A stretch of 53,950 bases of DNA, the filler included, from Perkinsus olseni (Eukaryota), in the NCBI GenBank assembly GCA_013115125.1. It is 3 parts of 3 records of this genome, joined end to end, with 100 filler letters (N's around TTAATTAATTAA, not from the genome) between each part and the next. Parts side by side here need not be neighbours in the genome. Positions count along the whole stretch, not along the records: positions 36,052 to 53,950 come from JABANN010000629.1; 2 more parts are not named here. The stretch is one strand, 5' to 3'. Below, in pieces: positions 48,924 through 53,950 of this stretch; the first letter of the stretch is position 1; each line of letters opens with the position of its first letter. The notes under the pieces were generated by a model. That model was not told where the DNA came from. It was given only the letters and a program-made list of their open reading frames with translations, and made no database searches. The translations under genes were made by a program, and so were the position numbers.

Positions 48924-49697
48924 ATGGGCTTTTGTTCTGGTCTGTCGAAGTTTGTTCACTACATCTTCGACACCATCATCTTTATCATCGGTGCCGTGAT
49001 GATGTCCCTCAGCATCTACCTTCTAGCCTCCAACTACGAGGGTTTCGTCGAGGAATGGTGGGTCTGGGTAGCCGTCTTCGCCGGAGCCTTCCTCATGGTC
49101 GCCGCCATCATCGGTTGCATCGCCGCCAATTCTAAGAACAAGCTGATCCTCTGGTTATACGGTATCATCCCGGCCCTAGTTCTCATCTTGTTCCTCATTG
49201 CTGCCATCGGAGCCTCGGTCTACTTTTCCTATACTGATCGTCTGGCCGACAAGAGTGCTAGTGAGCTCAACACCCTCGATACCGACTCCAATACGTATGA
49301 CGTTTATGATGACATTCGCGAGGTCTACGGTAAACTGTGGGATGATCAGAGCTGCAATGTCACCTGCAGCGTCAATAGCATCTCTACTGTCGATTGTGGT
49401 GAGGCGACTTGTGACGATGGTAAGGTCGAGGACTGGATGAACGACTGGATTGAGGACGCTTCTTCCGGTATCTCTGGTTCTTCATTTGAGCTCTGTCGTG
49501 AGCTGTCCATCGACGCTAAGGGTATCGACGGCAGCGTGTCGGCGGCTACTGGCTGGTGTGCCAGTAACACAGCCGTAATTAGTGATGCTAATGACTGGAC
49601 TTTGGGCTTCATGATAGCCTTCTGGATCATTTGTGGCTTACTGGTCATCGTTCTGATCGCTAACTGCATCCTCATTAGGCGCAGGAGCAAGGACTAG
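48924..49697 (+). CDS. Tetraspanin-like 4-TM protein 1 (intronless)
   Basis: Three N-terminal TMs with IGCIAA, a Cys-rich acidic loop (C-x3-C...WCASNT), TM4 and a basic tail. Confidence 0.8.
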   Translation: MGFCSGLSKFVHYIFDTIIFIIGAVMMSLSIYLLASNYEGFVEEWWVWVAVFAGAFLMVAAIIGCIAANSKNKLILWLYGIIPALVLILFLIAAIGASVYFSYTDRLADKSASELNTLDTDSNTYDVYDDIREVYGKLWDDQSCNVTCSVNSISTVDCGEATCDDGKVEDWMNDWIEDASSGISGSSFELCRELSIDAKGIDGSVSAATGWCASNTAVISDANDWTLGFMIAFWIICGLLVIVLIANCILIRRRSKD

Positions 49698-50015
49698 TCT
49701 TGATGATGATCTCGGTCCGACTGCAATTGGTACCGCAGTCTCACCGGCTCGGGTGTCGAACTCGAGGGTTTACTTTAACTCAAGTTGATTCAACTTTACT
49801 TATCATCTACAACCACATCAAATGTCATATTCCCTCTGGACCACGTTCGGTCCTTTTAATGCATCTGGGAGTTTTATCATCAGTATCCTCTCTATCAAAT
49901 CTTTTAGAATGCGCAGCGTAGTTTCATAATCATCAGACATGAGTTTACGTGTAGCAGCGTCTCCTGTTGATCTCATCGTTTTCAGTTTAATTTCGATTTC
50001 CCCTGTCCCTCCTCC

Positions 50016-50900
50016 ATGGGTTGCTGCAACTTCTTCTCAAAGCTCGTCCACTACGTCATGGACACTATCATCTTCCTCATGGGCTGTGGTATCCTCGCTG
50101 TGTCCATCTACCTGTTGGCGTCTGATTTCGATGGCTTTGTCGACGAGTGGTGGGTTTGGGTAGCTCTGGCCGGTGGCATCGTTCTCATCGTCGGCGGTAT
50201 TCTGGGCTGCATCGGCACCAAGATGGGTGGGAAGTGCATACTCGCGGTGTATGGCATCCTGCCGGGAGTCATGTTCGTCCTCATCTTGGCTGGAGCCATT
50301 TCGGCCTCAGTCTACCTGTCATACACGAACGACTTGTCTGACAAGAGCCCGGCTGAGCTCAACGTTCTGGACAACGGCTCCAACGCGTTCGAGGTTTATG
50401 ATCACATTCGCGAAGCCTACGGTGATCTGTGGACCGATAAGAGCTGCGACGTCACTTGCACTGTGACCAGCTTGTCAACACTCGAGTGTGGTGAGGTCAC
50501 CTGCGATGATGGAACAGTTGAGGACTGGATGAACGACTGGATTGAAGATGGCGCTCCTCGTGTTTCGGCCCCGTCGTTCGAGACTTGCCGTGTCCTGGCT
50601 CTCGGCGCGGACGGTATTGGTCTGAGCGTTTCGGCGGCTACTGGGTGGTGCGCCAGCAATACTGCGGTGATCGATGATGTCAACGACTGGGCTCTTGGCG
50701 TTATGATTGCCCTGTGGGTCGTGGCTGGTGTTCTCATGCTTTTACTCATCGTCAACTGCGTATTGCTGAAGCAAAAGGAGAAGGAGAAGTCTCGTGGTGT
50801 TGTTATCGCCCCGACCAACGCCAACACTCCCGCGGATGCTGATGCCTTTGTGGGGACGCCCGAAAACGTAAATCGTGAGAACCCAGCAACCGCGGTGTAA
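50016..50900 (+). CDS. Tetraspanin-like 4-TM protein 2 (intronless)
   Basis: Close paralog of copy 1 (VEDWMNDWIED, SAATGWCASNT), with an MGCC N-terminus and LGCIG. Confidence 0.8.
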   Translation: MGCCNFFSKLVHYVMDTIIFLMGCGILAVSIYLLASDFDGFVDEWWVWVALAGGIVLIVGGILGCIGTKMGGKCILAVYGILPGVMFVLILAGAISASVYLSYTNDLSDKSPAELNVLDNGSNAFEVYDHIREAYGDLWTDKSCDVTCTVTSLSTLECGEVTCDDGTVEDWMNDWIEDGAPRVSAPSFETCRVLALGADGIGLSVSAATGWCASNTAVIDDVNDWALGVMIALWVVAGVLMLLLIVNCVLLKQKEKEKSRGVVIAPTNANTPADADAFVGTPENVNRENPATAV

Positions 50901-51253
50901 CGCAGGGTTGATCGAACTACGCGACTCAATTAGTTTTTTATGTGACACAATAACTGTCTCTCATCTCAACGACCAGGAAGTTACTTTTAATGCTGCATCT
51001 CCATCTGATCGTTTCTGCTGCAACCGTCGAGGAGTCAGCAGCCCTGATGAGAATGACGCGCTAGCTAGTTTCATTAACTCTAGTTTCCTATCACTTTACT
51101 CTACTCAGGATGTCTTGTGTTCGTCAATGGAGTATCGTCCGCATCATACTTCGGAACCACGTCTCTCCCAATAGCATCGCTGGCTGCTGCTGGTCAGCGC
51201 TTGAGTCTCTGCACTGAAGTGTCCTCAGTATTTGCTCTTCAACCTACTGTTCT

Positions 51254-52069
51254 ATGGCTGGCTGTTGCAACAAGTTCTCCAAGTGGGTCAACTATATTTT
51301 TGGTGGCCTAGTCTTCCTCTTGGGAGGCCTGGTCGTTGGCGTCAGCGTTTGGTATCTCTTCTCTGAGTTCAGCGATCTCATCGAGACTTGGTGGGTTTGG
51401 ATATCTCTCGCTGCCGGTGTACTGCTCATGATTCTCTCCCTTATTGGGTGCTGTGCAGCCCGCAAGCAGAAGCGGTGTATCTTATCTTGCTTCTGGGTCC
51501 TGGCGGTCATCCTATTCATAGCCTTCTTGGTAGGAGCCATCGGCTCGACTATCTTCTTCACTCTCACTGACAATTTGTCTAAGGAAAGCTATGGTGGGCT
51601 CAATGAGCTGGAATCACTCGAGTTGGATGCTTACAAGCTCATCCGCGAAGGCTTTGCCGAAATCTGGCGAGCCGACAACTGTCAAATCTCGTGCGACCAG
51701 GACTTGGACTCGACTGTAACCTGCGACCCTCCTGTGTGCGACACTGACGTGGTTGAAGACAAGATGGAAGACTGGCTCACAGAAGGGCTCACAAACGTCA
51801 ACACCGTCGATTACGATGGCTGCCTGGTTCTCACGGAAGATGCTGCTGGGTACGAAGAGAGCGAGAACGCTGCCGCATCCTGGTGCGCTAGCAACACAGC
51901 GGTTATCTCGGAGGTTAAAGAGTGGACACTCGGAGCGATGGTGGGCCTCTGGGTCGTGGCAGTGTTCACTTGCATGCTGGCAGTGGCCAACTGCGTCCTC
52001 GTGTGTAGCCGGAAGAACCGTCGGTACAACGGGCCCTTTGCTCAGTCTGTCAACGTATTGAAGGTATAA
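51254..52069 (+). CDS. Tetraspanin-like 4-TM protein 3 (intronless)
   Basis: Same topology and Cys spacing, with IGCCAA and WCASNT. Confidence 0.8.
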   Translation: MAGCCNKFSKWVNYIFGGLVFLLGGLVVGVSVWYLFSEFSDLIETWWVWISLAAGVLLMILSLIGCCAARKQKRCILSCFWVLAVILFIAFLVGAIGSTIFFTLTDNLSKESYGGLNELESLELDAYKLIREGFAEIWRADNCQISCDQDLDSTVTCDPPVCDTDVVEDKMEDWLTEGLTNVNTVDYDGCLVLTEDAAGYEESENAAASWCASNTAVISEVKEWTLGAMVGLWVVAVFTCMLAVANCVLVCSRKNRRYNGPFAQSVNVLKV

Positions 52070-52311
52070 CGGAGCCGACGATCGGCATCCCAGACGCATT
52101 TTCAACTCTTTCAATTTTTGGTAGGGTCGGCAACGAGTAGCCGATGCATCATGTGCTCGCATTAATGAAGTATTTCAGCCGTCTTTTTTGCGTGGTATCA
52201 GAGTGACGATACCATCAGAACCACCAGCGTCGCGTTCACCGCACACATACGGTTAATGCTGGGGGTCGGATTCCTTGCCTCAGATAACTGCTTCATCTCT
52301 CCCCATCAAAG

Positions 52312-53208
52312 ATGGCCTCCTGCTTCACTACGGTTCTGAAGATCATCAACTACATCCTGAGTGGTCTCCTCATTCTCCTCGGTCTCGGCATGGGCGTACT
52401 GTCAATCGTCGTACTGGCGACCAGTACCGGAACATCCTCTGCCGGTTTTAATGTCTTCAATCTTATCTTATGCATAATAATTATCATCATTGGCGCCCTT
52501 GGCATCTGGGCAACCACGAAGCAAATCAGAGTGGCCCACGGTGTGTTCTGCTGCGTGGGTGGTATCATATTTGTCATCTACCTGATTGCGGCACTCATGG
52601 CTTCTGCCGCGGTTGGCAGCACCACAGACTACCTGGCCAGTCTCGACAGCTCCGGTCTGAACAGGCTCTCCTCCAGCACTCCCAGCGGTGCCCTGTATAG
52701 CGTTCTGAGGGAAGCTTATCAGGAGTTGTATCAGGCCAACAGCTGCCAAGGCCCGGTCTGCACGTTCTCGAGTCTTAAGCCCAGCTGCTCGCCCATTACC
52801 TGCGCATCTAATACCATGTCCGATAACCTCAACGGGTACCTCACTGAAGGTGCCGATAACGGTGGTGTCACGGACATGTCTCTGAAGACGTGTTTGGAAC
52901 TAACTTTCTCCTCCTCCAGCTACCCTCGGGGAGCAGCTGTTAATACTGCCTGGTGCGTCAGTAACACGGCATTCATTGCTTTCGTCGACAGCTGGGCCGT
53001 TGGCATCCTTATTGGCATCTGGATCATCACCATCTTCGTTTTACTGGTATCAGTCACCAACGGTATTTTGGCTTGCACTGTGAGGAGGAAGCAGGTTCAA
53101 GGTGGCGTTGTTCTCGCACCCCCTCCTCAGACTTGTCAAGTGCCTTACGCCGGTACCGCGCCCGCCCAGCCAGGGATGGTTGCGGGGGTTGTCGATTCCA
53201 AAGTATAA
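52312..53208 (+). CDS. Tetraspanin-like 4-TM protein 4 (intronless, more divergent)
   Basis: Same topology, with WCVSNT and a Pro-rich tail ending DSKV. Confidence 0.75.
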   Translation: MASCFTTVLKIINYILSGLLILLGLGMGVLSIVVLATSTGTSSAGFNVFNLILCIIIIIIGALGIWATTKQIRVAHGVFCCVGGIIFVIYLIAALMASAAVGSTTDYLASLDSSGLNRLSSSTPSGALYSVLREAYQELYQANSCQGPVCTFSSLKPSCSPITCASNTMSDNLNGYLTEGADNGGVTDMSLKTCLELTFSSSSYPRGAAVNTAWCVSNTAFIAFVDSWAVGILIGIWIITIFVLLVSVTNGILACTVRRKQVQGGVVLAPPPQTCQVPYAGTAPAQPGMVAGVVDSKV

Positions 53209-53950
53209 CGGTCAATCCGGTTGATACCGTGAGCTTAGTGACCTGCCTTACATAGTAATTTGAACTTGCATTCTCCTTGAATACATATTGAAATACATAA
53301 ACACGTTTTTACCAGTTGACCCGCACCTGCCCTTCATAAACCTCCTCGATGAGCTTTACTATGATCGCTATTACGTCGGCTCGTAAAACGAGGGTAATCC
53401 GAGGTGCCGTTGTTGTGTTGTATGTGAGGGCGAAACCAGTCCGACCGAATGTGGTGCATTCCTTGCTCGGAAGGCTGCTGTCGTGAAGGTCTGCAAGCGG
53501 GAAATGCCAATGACGATGATACGGCCGTGCTCAACTGCCACCCCGACGCTCGTTGTGGGCTACTCGGCTCGAACCGTTTCCCGTCGTCGCATTTACTGCT
53601 ATCACCTTGCCACCTTTTGTGCTCTAGGGTCCACCTCGCGAGGCTCACTGGCCGTTTGGTCCTACACGTCCTTCCGAAAGTGCACATGTAGCGTGTGTGC
53701 CTCAGCAAATAAAAGGGGCTTTCTCAGTTCCCTGAACGACTACCAGCTTGCAGCTTGTTATTGGCAGACCCTATGCAGCACTCGTGCGTCCCTCGCCTGA
53801 TTGAGTCTCAAGTCTCAGGCTCAGAATGGAACTCCCAGGAGACGCACCCGAGTCACGTGACGCCCGCACAACCACCACGTGTTGTGGGTGCAGATTGCCT
53901 ACTACCGGTGCTCCTCTACTCGGTTGGTTGGTCCTGAGTATGTCCCGAGC

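Overview
Intron-rich eukaryotic (alveolate) DNA. I infer Perkinsus from a 22-nt Perkinsus/dinoflagellate-type spliced-leader sequence, short GT-AG introns and the gene content. Two assembly gaps carry a TTAATTAATTAA linker. Single-copy genes: a full-length ABCA transporter, axonemal dynein intermediate chain 2, a JmjC protein, a small Cys-rich secreted protein, NBP35/NUBP1 with an N-terminal hydrophobic anchor, an RRP12-like gene, a GH95/DUF5703-like glycosidase split by one in-frame TAA, and a GGC1-like mitochondrial carrier. Multi-copy and mobile features: six copies (two pseudogenes) of an unknown secreted-protein family, four tandem intronless tetraspanin-like genes, and a Gypsy-like LTR retrotransposon 3' end. 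The most notable signal is a complete spliced leader hard-coded just inside the retrotransposon LTR, in front of an ATG, with a second SL relic at 23.6 kb. Two intact tRNA genes and about seven tRNA 3'-half (T-arm/B-box) remnants lie in introns or non-coding leaders. There are also recurrent chained palindromes with a 1-nt centre, and a strand-biased 11-12-nt motif in the dynein locus. Exon boundaries were read by eye and are approximate.
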